This document shows, piece after piece, positions 26,042-32,898 of a DNA stretch of 64,000 bases. Below the pieces are notes generated by a model that had not been told where the DNA came from, did no database searches, and saw only the letters and a program-made list of their open reading frames with translations. This DNA comes from an uncultured Actinomycetes bacterium (lineage in GTDB: Bacteria; Actinomycetota; Thermoleophilia; RBG-16-64-13). How positions within the stretch are numbered: the stretch's first letter is position 1; each line of letters begins with the position of its first letter. The stretch covers positions 140,724-204,723 of the forward strand of contig CAMTXC010000002.1 in NCBI GenBank assembly GCA_947085635.1, in the 5' to 3' direction. The translations under genes and the position numbers were made by a program.

Positions 26042-27256
26042 ATGACCACCTTCACATACACGGCCAAGCCGTCAGGCGGCAGCCAGATGGGCGGCGAGAT
26101 ACAGGGGGATTCGAAGGCCGCGGTGGCCGCCGAACTCCGGCGGCGTGGCCTCACCGTGATGTCCCTTGAGGAGAAAAGGGGCCTCCCCAACATCAACGAG
26201 CTGCTCGAGGGAATGAGCAGTGTCAAACTCCGCGACAAGGTCATCTTCTCTCGACAGTTCGCCACCATGATCAACGCGGGTCTTGCGCTGCTCCGGGCGC
26301 TCTTCATCCTGGAAGAGCAGACGGAGAACCCGCGCTTGCGGAAGATCATCCAGGCCGTCCGCCAAGATGTCGAGGCGGGTATGCCCCTCTCGGATTCCTT
26401 CGAGAAGCACCCGATCGCGTTCGACAGACTCTACGTCAGTATGGTCCGGGCGGGCGAGGTCGGCGGGGTGCTCGACCTGACCCTCGAACGCCTGGCGACC
26501 CAGCTCGAGAAAGACGACAGCCTCCGAAGATCGGTCAAGTCGGCCATGACGTACCCGATTCTCATCTTCGTATTCGCGATCGTCGTGCTGTTCGCGCTCA
26601 TTATCTTCGTGATACCTGTGTTCGCCGGCATGTACGACGGATTGGGCGGGCAATTGCCGCTTCTCACCCGGATCATGGTGGGAGCCAGCGACTTCATGCG
26701 CTCGTTCTGGTTCATCGTGTTCCCAGCCGCCTTCCTCCTCTTCTACGGGCTCAAGCGGCTCAAGAACACCAAGACGGGCACCGAGACCTGGGACAAGATC
26801 AAGCTGCGCCTACCCATGAAATTGGGCCCGATCGTGCAGAAAATCGCCGTTTCCCGCTTCAGCCGGACGCTGGCGACGCTGGTGAGTTCCGGTGTGCCGA
26901 TCTTGCAGGCCATCGATATCACTGGAAAGACCTCGGGCAACACGGTCATCGAGTACGCGATGGACGCAGTCAGGGAGAACATCAAGAGCGGAGATTCGAT
27001 CTCACGTCCCCTTGAGAAGATAAAGGTGTTTCCACCGATGGTCACTCAAATGATCGCCATCGGGGAGGAGACAGGTGCTCTCGACACCATGCTCCACAAG
27101 ATCGCCGACTTCTACGAGGACGAGGTCGATTCCGCGGTCAAGTCACTGACGTCGATCATCGAGCCGATCATGATGATCTTCATCGGTGGCATCGTGGGTC
27201 TCGTCGTCGTCTCTATGTACCTGCCGATCTTCAACCTGTTCCAGCTGGTGGAGTAG
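26042..27256 (+). CDS. pilC: Type IV pilus platform protein PilC (GspF family)
   Basis: Two T2SSF repeats (FSRQFATMINAGLALLRAL; FSRTLATLVSSGVPILQAI), three TM segments, 404 aa. GGAAGGA lies upstream of the ATG. Confidence 0.9.
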   Translation: MTTFTYTAKPSGGSQMGGEIQGDSKAAVAAELRRRGLTVMSLEEKRGLPNINELLEGMSSVKLRDKVIFSRQFATMINAGLALLRALFILEEQTENPRLRKIIQAVRQDVEAGMPLSDSFEKHPIAFDRLYVSMVRAGEVGGVLDLTLERLATQLEKDDSLRRSVKSAMTYPILIFVFAIVVLFALIIFVIPVFAGMYDGLGGQLPLLTRIMVGASDFMRSFWFIVFPAAFLLFYGLKRLKNTKTGTETWDKIKLRLPMKLGPIVQKIAVSRFSRTLATLVSSGVPILQAIDITGKTSGNTVIEYAMDAVRENIKSGDSISRPLEKIKVFPPMVTQMIAIGEETGALDTMLHKIADFYEDEVDSAVKSLTSIIEPIMMIFIGGIVGLVVVSMYLPIFNLFQLVE

Positions 27257-27296
27257 GCGCGGACTATCCGACGCCGAAGGCGCACGGGCCGACGGG

Positions 27297-28148
27297 ATGT
27301 ACATGTCTAGATCTTCTAGCTTGGAAGACGATATACAGGCAGCCGCTTCTCTCCGCACGCCGGTTAGGCTGGGAGGCAAAGAACAGCCCGCCGGCGCCCA
27401 ACCGCCACCGTTCGCGGCCAACGAAACCCTTCTGGCGGCGTACCGCCGCGGAGATTTGAGCGCGCTCGATCGACTTCTCGAGAAGAACGAGCCGTTGCTG
27501 CATCATGCTCTGAAGCGGTTCTCGTACTCGTCGGAGCCTTACGAAGATCTGTTCCAGGTCGCACGCCTCGGCTTCATGAAGGCGGTCCACAGGTACGACG
27601 AGACCCGCGGCATCGCCTTCTCCACGTACGCCATCGCAATCGCCGACGGCGAGATCCGTCATCATCTTCGAGACGCCCTGCTGGTACGTCAGCCGCGCTG
27701 GGCGCGAGGCCTCTACACGCAGATCGTCCAAGCGCAGACGGAGTTCTTCCGGGAGCACGGCCGCTCACCGACGATCGCGGAGGTGGCAGACCTCGTCAAC
27801 ATCCAACAGAAGGGTATCCTGGAGATCATCAGGGCACAAGCGAGCCTTAACGTGCATTCCCTAGACGAGCCCTTTGACGGACCCGATGCCCGAGCACCCG
27901 ACAGGACCCTGGTGCGATCCATCCGCGCAGAGTCGTTCTCGCTGCCCATCGAGGATCGTATCCTGTTGTACGAAGCGCTGGGCGCACTCTCCGAACTTCA
28001 GAAGAAGATTATCTACCTGCTGTTCTTCGGCGATCTGACGCAGCAGGAGGTCGCAGACGAGATCGGCCTTACGCAACGCACCGTGTCGCGCGAGCACGTG
28101 AAGGCCTTGGACCGGCTCAAGGCGATCCTGAGCAAGCGCATAATCTGA
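27297..28148 (+). CDS. Group-3 sigma-70 family sigma factor immediately downstream of pilC
   Basis: Region 2 YEDLFQVARLGFMKAVHRYD, FSTYAIAIADGEIRHHLRD; region 3; region 4 LSELQKKIIYLLFFGDLTQQEVADEIGLTQRTVSRE. I chose ATG 27297; the track ORF start at 27186 overlaps pilC. Confidence 0.8.
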   Translation: MYMSRSSSLEDDIQAAASLRTPVRLGGKEQPAGAQPPPFAANETLLAAYRRGDLSALDRLLEKNEPLLHHALKRFSYSSEPYEDLFQVARLGFMKAVHRYDETRGIAFSTYAIAIADGEIRHHLRDALLVRQPRWARGLYTQIVQAQTEFFREHGRSPTIAEVADLVNIQQKGILEIIRAQASLNVHSLDEPFDGPDARAPDRTLVRSIRAESFSLPIEDRILLYEALGALSELQKKIIYLLFFGDLTQQEVADEIGLTQRTVSREHVKALDRLKAILSKRII

Positions 28149-28301
28149 ACCCTCTGCGCCCCTCGGCAGCGACTCGTCGCGGAATCACCCCTACGCCGCG
28201 GCTGTGTTCTCACGCACGATAATGTATGTTATGTAAAGGCGCGAAAACGACAGACCCTCTGTACTCCTACCCACAGGTACTTCTGGAGGCAGTCGCCGGC
28301 G

Positions 28302-28814
28302 TCAGTACCGGATCAGGCTGAAGACATCGTAGCCCTCGAGCCGGTCACGACCACCCAGGAACTCCAACTCGATGACGAAGGCTAGGCCGACCACTACACC
28401 GCCTAACTTTTCCACCAGCTCGATCTTCGCTCTCGCGGTTCCCCCGGTGGCAAGAAGGTCGTCGTGGATGATGACACGCTGACCGGGTTCTATCGCGTCC
28501 ACATGCATCTCGAGGCTGTCCACGCCGTACTCCAGGTCGTAGTCAGCGCGGGCTACGTCCCAAGGCAGCTTCCCCGGCTTCCGCGCCGCCGCGAAGCCCG
28601 CCCCCACCGCATAGGCAAGCGCCGCGCCGAGGATGAACCCTCTGGCCTCCGCTCCCAGAATCACATCGGGGGTTCGCTCCCTGCTGAAATCGGCGAGTCG
28701 ATCCACCGTATGGCGAAGCGCCGAAGGGTCCTGAAGGAGCGGCATAATGTCCTTGAAGATGATGCCCTCTTTCGGGAAATCGGGCACGTCGCGGATGAAG
28801 GCGCTCAGATCCAT
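28302..28814 (-). CDS. apt: Adenine phosphoribosyltransferase
   Basis: IRDVPDFPKEGIIFKDIMPLLQD, PRPP motif VIIHDDLLATGGTA, 170 aa. Confidence 0.92.
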   Translation of the reverse strand: MDLSAFIRDVPDFPKEGIIFKDIMPLLQDPSALRHTVDRLADFSRERTPDVILGAEARGFILGAALAYAVGAGFAAARKPGKLPWDVARADYDLEYGVDSLEMHVDAIEPGQRVIIHDDLLATGGTARAKIELVEKLGGVVVGLAFVIELEFLGGRDRLEGYDVFSLIRY

Positions 28815-28840
28815 AAGGCTCCTCGGGTCATCTTGGGAGG

Positions 28841-29593
28841 TCAGTCGGCGAGCCGCGAGAGCTCTCGGTAGAGAAGCAGGTCGAGCAGACGAGCCATGAG
28901 CGAGCCGAGATCGGCCAACGCCCGCACCCCCTCCTCTCTCCTGTCTTTGTTCGCCGATCTCATCGACGGCGCCACCACCTGTGCCAGCAGGGCGGCCTCA
29001 CGCTCCGCCGACGAACTGAGAACGCGCAGATTGCGGGGTTCGACCCCATGGCGACTCAGGAGGCTGCAGATGCGCACCACCTCCAGGTCCGGTTCCGAGA
29101 GGCGGGTCTCGACCACCGGTGTGGCAGCATCGAAGAGATGGAACTCAGCGAGAGCGCGCAGAAAGGACTCCGAAACGCCGGTTATGCTCAACGCTTGGTC
29201 CCAAGTGTACACGGGCTCGTCTCGCTTGAGGCCGCGAGGAGTGTCGAAAGGTCCGGAGGGTGCCAGCGGCCGACCTACCGCTGAAGCGGTGCCACGCTCG
29301 AGACGTTCCTTGATCACATCGAGGGGCAGGAACTCGTCCCGCTGTAGGGTCAGGATAGTGCGCAGCGTTCGCACGGCCGCCTGGCCGTACTTACGGTAGC
29401 CCCCCGGGGTGCGCTCCGGCGACACGAGCCCTCGATCCTCCAGGTAACGGATCTTGCTAATGGTCAGGTCGGGGAACTCATCGCGGAGCCATGCCACCAC
29501 TCCGCCTATCGCCAAGAGGGTTTCGCCCTGCCCCTCAAGACCTCCCGCAACCTCTCCGCCGGACGTATCATGACGATGGGAGGGATCCGCCAT
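28841..29593 (-). CDS. MerR-family transcriptional regulator with a C-terminal extension
   Basis: HTH region ISKIRYLEDRGLVSPERTPGGYRKYGQAAVRTLRTILTLQRD. Its start overlaps the FHA gene stop (TGATG). The gcvH-FHA-MerR order resembles the mycobacterial gcvH-garA-MerR neighbourhood. Confidence 0.75.
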   Translation of the reverse strand: MADPSHRHDTSGGEVAGGLEGQGETLLAIGGVVAWLRDEFPDLTISKIRYLEDRGLVSPERTPGGYRKYGQAAVRTLRTILTLQRDEFLPLDVIKERLERGTASAVGRPLAPSGPFDTPRGLKRDEPVYTWDQALSITGVSESFLRALAEFHLFDAATPVVETRLSEPDLEVVRICSLLSRHGVEPRNLRVLSSSAEREAALLAQVVAPSMRSANKDRREEGVRALADLGSLMARLLDLLLYRELSRLAD

Positions 29594-30060
29594 CAGTCGA
29601 TCGGTTCCAGGAACGCCAGTTTGAACTTCCCGATCTGCAGTTCGTCACCGTCGGCGAGGTGCTGGCGCTCGACTCTGCCCCGGTTGACGTAGGTGCCGTT
29701 CAGACTGTTCAGATCCTCTACCGCGTACCCGGTGGCATCCCGCACCACGCGGGCGTGATGGCGAGAGACAGTGACATCGTCGAGGAACAGGTGGCTCTCC
29801 GGGTTGCGGCCGATGGTCAGGAGATCGCTGTCGAGGGGGATCTGCTCTCCCTCGCTGCCCCCGCCGGCTCTGATCAGAAGAACGGGGTAGCGACTCGCCT
29901 GTCCGGGGACGTCTGGGCCGGTTCCGACCTCATCCCCGTCGAGGGGCGCATACGTGACCGTGGTCTCGGCGAGGTCGGCGACGACCAGGCGGCTTCCGCA
30001 ACGACTGCAGAAGTTGGCGTCTCCGCTGTTTTCAAAGGAGCACTTGGCGCACGAGGTCAT
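29593..30060 (-). CDS. FHA-domain protein with an N-terminal zinc ribbon
   Basis: CAKCSFENSGDANFCSRCG zinc ribbon; FHA core LTIGRNPESHLFLDDVTVSRHHARV...SLNGTYVN...L..GDELQIGKF. Confidence 0.85.
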   Translation of the reverse strand: MTSCAKCSFENSGDANFCSRCGSRLVVADLAETTVTYAPLDGDEVGTGPDVPGQASRYPVLLIRAGGGSEGEQIPLDSDLLTIGRNPESHLFLDDVTVSRHHARVVRDATGYAVEDLNSLNGTYVNRGRVERQHLADGDELQIGKFKLAFLEPID

Positions 30061-30347
30061 GCCTCGCCCTCTTCTGCGTGGGCGAGTTGCCTCCGGTAGT
30101 CGGTGAACTCGGCTGCCATCTGATCTTCGATGCCCCGCAGTGCTTCCGGGCTCTCCAGTATGCGCGCGCGGTCCTCAGCATCGGTGTTGTTGATGATGTA
30201 TGGGTCGGCCATCACCTCGTCGAACCTCCGACCCTTGCTCAGTTCCGTCACGATGTACCGGAGGATCCTCTCCTCGCGCACACCGACGGCGAGTTCGCGG
30301 AAGAGCCGCTCCATGCCCCTTACGACTCGGTCGATCCTATCCCCCAT
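30057..30347 (-). CDS. Hypothetical 96-aa protein with no recognised family
   Basis: The ORF has an ATGA overlap onto the FHA gene and starts 15 nt after the RsiG-like gene. It is acidic and helical, and I recognise no motif. Confidence 0.5.
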   Translation of the reverse strand: MGDRIDRVVRGMERLFRELAVGVREERILRYIVTELSKGRRFDEVMADPYIINNTDAEDRARILESPEALRGIEDQMAAEFTDYRRQLAHAEEGEA

Positions 30348-30362
30348 GGGAACACCTCCGCC

Positions 30363-30641
30363 TCAGAGTTCGTCTTCGGCCAACCCGCGGGAACTGAGGA
30401 TGCCGCTGAGCTTCTCGACGTCGCCTTCGACGAAGAGGCTCTTGCCGCTCGAATGCTTGTCTCTCAGCCGGCGAACCATCTCTGCGCGAAGGATGTCGAG
30501 TTTCGCGTGGATGATCCGGCGGGCCTTTGAGACCTCTCGCTCCTCCTCCGCCAGTTGCTCGGCGAGGAGCTTGATCTCGTCATCGCCCTTCGACTGTATG
30601 TCGATGAGCAAATCGAACGATGAGGTGTCGTAGTCGTTCAT
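30363..30641 (-). CDS. Small coiled-coil protein with a single RsiG-type c-di-GMP-binding motif (candidate anti-sigma factor)
   Basis: 92 aa from ATG 30641. EEEREVSKARRIIHAKLD matches E-x3-S-x2-R-x3-Q-x3-D with Q replaced by H. The sequence is predicted helical throughout. I rejected the track start at 30677. Confidence 0.55.
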   Translation of the reverse strand: MNDYDTSSFDLLIDIQSKGDDEIKLLAEQLAEEEREVSKARRIIHAKLDILRAEMVRRLRDKHSSGKSLFVEGDVEKLSGILSSRGLAEDEL

Positions 30642-30648
30642 GGCTTCC

Positions 30649-30677
30649 AGTATACCCCCGTGGCTACGAACCATCAA
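30649..30677 (-). promoter_or_regulatory. Candidate sigma-70-type promoter for the RsiG-like operon (probably leaderless)
   Basis: The minus strand reads TTGATG, 17 nt, TATACT, then 7 nt (GGAAGCC) to the ATG. Confidence 0.45.
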
Positions 30678-30721
30678 CCTTGACTAGAGGTTAGCGACCG
30701 GGCCGCCTCCCCCAAGATCGA

Positions 30722-30744
30722 GGGCAGACACCACGCGCCTGCCC
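30722..30744 (-). terminator. Candidate terminator hairpin downstream of gcvH
   Basis: GGGCAG / CTGCCC 6-bp stem with an 11-nt loop, about 40 nt after the gcvH stop. The following U-tract is weak (TCGATCTT). Confidence 0.3.
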
Positions 30745-30784
30745 TTCGTGGTACCTGGTCTTGCCGTACGGGCGAGCCGCAGGT

Positions 30785-31171
30785 TCACTCATCCTGCTCT
30801 GCAAGGATCTGCTCATATTCCTCAGCCGAGATGAGATCCTCGAGTTCGCTCGGGTCGCTCAGCTTGACCTTGATGAGCCAGCCGTCTTCGTAGGGGCTCT
30901 CGTTGATCAGCTCGGGAGCATCGACGACTTCATCGTTAGCCTCGACAATCGTGCCGCTCAGCGGAGCGTAGACGTCGCTCACCGCCTTCACCGATTCGAT
31001 CTCGGCATACGTAGTACCGGCGGTGACTTCCGTGCCTACCTCGGGAAGCTCGATGTAGACGATGTCACCGAGGGCCTCCTGGGCGTAATCGGTCACACCG
31101 AGTGTGGCGATGTCACCATCGATACGGGCCCAATCGTGCTCCTTGTGGTACTTGAGGTTCCTGGGGTTCAC
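30785..31171 (-). CDS. gcvH: Glycine cleavage system protein H
   Basis: YHKEHDWARIDGDIATLGVTDYAQ, lipoyl-lysine motif ESVKAVSD. GTG 31171 is preceded by AAAGGAG. Confidence 0.9.
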   Translation of the reverse strand: MNPRNLKYHKEHDWARIDGDIATLGVTDYAQEALGDIVYIELPEVGTEVTAGTTYAEIESVKAVSDVYAPLSGTIVEANDEVVDAPELINESPYEDGWLIKVKLSDPSELEDLISAEEYEQILAEQDE

Positions 31172-31252
31172 TAGCGCTCCTTTCTCGCCAAGCGTGGCTG
31201 GCCACATGATAGCACAGGCTTCCTGGCCTCCCGACCGTCGAGCAGGCGTTAC

Positions 31253-31588
31253 TCAACTCGCCTGCTGCACGTCGCTCAGACCCTCCAGAAGCAGGCTGTC
31301 GAGGGTCCGATCTATCGTCACTGGGGAGGTGATGGCAGTGAGCTCGGCACTCTCGAAGGCGAAGTGGCCCTCCTCGAGCGCGAGGAGACCCCAGAAGGCC
31401 TCAAGGGCCGAATCGACTCCCACCTGCTCCGCGTGGATGACTCGTCCCCGGGCTATGACGATCATGCCCTCGACCTCGGTCGCATTGGCCGAGCGGCGGA
31501 GTGCCACCTCTCCCGTCCTCTTCCCATGCACGAGTACCTGCAGGATCTCAGGAAGAGCGAAGTCCCTCAGGTCGCCGACAAAGGCCAT
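31253..31588 (-). CDS. Stand-alone PATAN/DUF4388 domain protein
   Basis: GDLRDFALPEILQVLVHGKRTGEVAL...IVIARGRVIHAE...ALEAFWGLLALEEGHFAFE. ATG 31588 is preceded by AGGAGGG. It is transcribed divergently from mglBA. Confidence 0.7.
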   Translation of the reverse strand: MAFVGDLRDFALPEILQVLVHGKRTGEVALRRSANATEVEGMIVIARGRVIHAEQVGVDSALEAFWGLLALEEGHFAFESAELTAITSPVTIDRTLDSLLLEGLSDVQQAS

Positions 31589-31628
31589 CGCCCTCCTATG
31601 CCTCGTCATCCAACGATGATCGCGGAGG

Positions 31629-31656
31629 ATTCTACCAACGCGGACCCGCGTAGCAA
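31629..31656 (-). promoter_or_regulatory. Candidate promoter for the PATAN gene
   Basis: The minus strand reads TTGCTA, 16 nt, TGgTAGAAT (extended -10). Confidence 0.4.
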
Positions 31657-31679
31657 AGGCCACGGGGCCTTGTTATACT
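31651..31679 (+). promoter_or_regulatory. Candidate promoter for mglB-mglA
   Basis: TAGCAA, 17 nt, TGtTATACT (extended -10). Its -35 hexamer is the reverse complement of the PATAN promoter -35. Confidence 0.35.
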
Positions 31680-31735
31680 TCTGCCCGTGCTTCCGGCCGT
31701 ATCGTAGCGGCCCAGCTGCGCACAAGGAGGTGCTC

Positions 31736-32230
31736 TTGGCTCGCCGCAAGGGGCTGGTAATCAACGATCGGCAGATGCAGCTCGTGGATGACATCCTCGA
31801 TAAGCTGCGCCAGGTTTCGGGGTCACGATTCATCGCCCTTGTGTCCACGAGTGGCCAACCGATCACCACATCGTCGGTGGAAGCTCACCCCGACACCCTG
31901 TCCCTCGCCTCCTTGGCCGCCGGCTCGTTCGCCGCGACGCAGCAACTTGCCGAGGTGCTGCACGAGCGCGAGTTCACCCTGTTGTTCCACGAGGGCCGCG
32001 AGAGCAATCTGCACGTGGCGCAGGTCACGGATCAAGTCCTGCTGGTGATCACGTTCGGACGGGAGACTCAGGTGGGCAAGGTGCGGCTCTACACGAACCG
32101 GGCGGTGGAGGTGCTCCGGCCTGTGTTCGATTCGAACGATGAGGACGACCAGACCAACCTCATGATCGACGACGACTACTCGCTGCTCGCGGACGAAGCC
32201 ATAGACGACCTGTTCGCGGACATGGAGTGA
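31736..32230 (+). CDS. mglB: Roadblock/LC7-family protein MglB (GTPase-activating partner of MglA)
   Basis: Similar by eye to Myxococcus MglB (SLASLAAGSFAA..., LFHEGRESNLHV, LLVITF, VRLY), including the acidic C-terminal tail ending DDLFADME. TTG 31736 lies 5 nt after AAGGAGG; an alternative ATG is at 31775. Confidence 0.8.
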   Translation: MARRKGLVINDRQMQLVDDILDKLRQVSGSRFIALVSTSGQPITTSSVEAHPDTLSLASLAAGSFAATQQLAEVLHEREFTLLFHEGRESNLHVAQVTDQVLLVITFGRETQVGKVRLYTNRAVEVLRPVFDSNDEDDQTNLMIDDDYSLLADEAIDDLFADME

Positions 32231-32234
32231 CTTC

Positions 32235-32819
32235 GTGCCCCTGATCAACTTCGCCGCACGTGAGATCAACTACAAGATCGTCTACTACGGATGCGGTCTG
32301 TGCGGCAAGACCACGAACATCCAGTACATCCACAAGAAGGTGAACCCGAACGCCCGCGGCAAGCTTGTCAGTATCGCCACCGAAGAGGAGCGCACCCTCT
32401 ACTTCGACTTCCTTCCGCTTTCCCTCGGAACGGTCAAGGGCATGAAGACGCGTTTCCACCTCTACACCGTGCCGGGCCAGTCCTACTACAACGCTTCGCG
32501 CCGACTCGTGTTGCAGGGAGTCGACGGCATCGTGATGGTTGCCGACAGTCAGATCACTCGGCTGGACGAGAATGTCGAGAGCTATCTGAATCTCTGGGAC
32601 AACCTCCTCGACCAAGGCGACGACTTGTCCCGCCTGGGTTTCGTGATCCAGCTCAACAAGCGGGATCTCACGGACATCTTCTCGGCCGAGGATCTCAAGG
32701 AGCTCCTCAACCACACGAACTCGCCCGTGACGGAAGCGTGCGCACTCACCGGCCAAGGAGTCTTCGAGACCCTCAAGACTGTGTGCAAGCAGGTCATCGC
32801 CAAGACCGGTCAGACCTAG
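32235..32819 (+). CDS. mglA: Ras-like small GTPase MglA
   Basis: Collinear by eye with Myxococcus MglA: REINYKIVYYGCGLCGKTTN, ERTLYFDFLPLSLG, RFHLYTVPGQ (Thr in place of the Ras Asp), NKRDL. GTG start 4 nt after mglB, with GGAG upstream. Confidence 0.88.
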   Translation: MPLINFAAREINYKIVYYGCGLCGKTTNIQYIHKKVNPNARGKLVSIATEEERTLYFDFLPLSLGTVKGMKTRFHLYTVPGQSYYNASRRLVLQGVDGIVMVADSQITRLDENVESYLNLWDNLLDQGDDLSRLGFVIQLNKRDLTDIFSAEDLKELLNHTNSPVTEACALTGQGVFETLKTVCKQVIAKTGQT

Positions 32820-32898
32820 CCGGTCACCTCTCGGCGCCTGCGTGGGTATAGCAGCGACGCCCTCTCCCTGCGGATCCGCATGCACCTTTCGAGCGCGC

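Noticed and set aside
28149-28301. The convergent sigma/apt spacer, with an AT-rich patch (ATAATGTATGTTATGTAAAGG), considered as a possible small RNA or bidirectional terminator.
   Set aside because: I could not find a convincing stem-loop with a U-tract on either strand, nor a promoter-like pair of elements. The evidence is insufficient to call a feature.
31172-31252. Possible glycine riboswitch upstream of gcvH.
   Set aside because: Only 81 nt separate gcvH from the upstream gene. This is too short for a glycine aptamer, and I saw no conserved aptamer core. The region more simply holds a TATCAT -10 and the AAAGGAG ribosome-binding site.
31364-31735. The upstream 124 codons of the 288-aa ORF that contains mglB.
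   Set aside because: This part overlaps the divergent PATAN gene on the other strand and the promoter region. It has no Roadblock similarity. AAGGAGG followed by TTG at 31736 gives an MglB of normal length.
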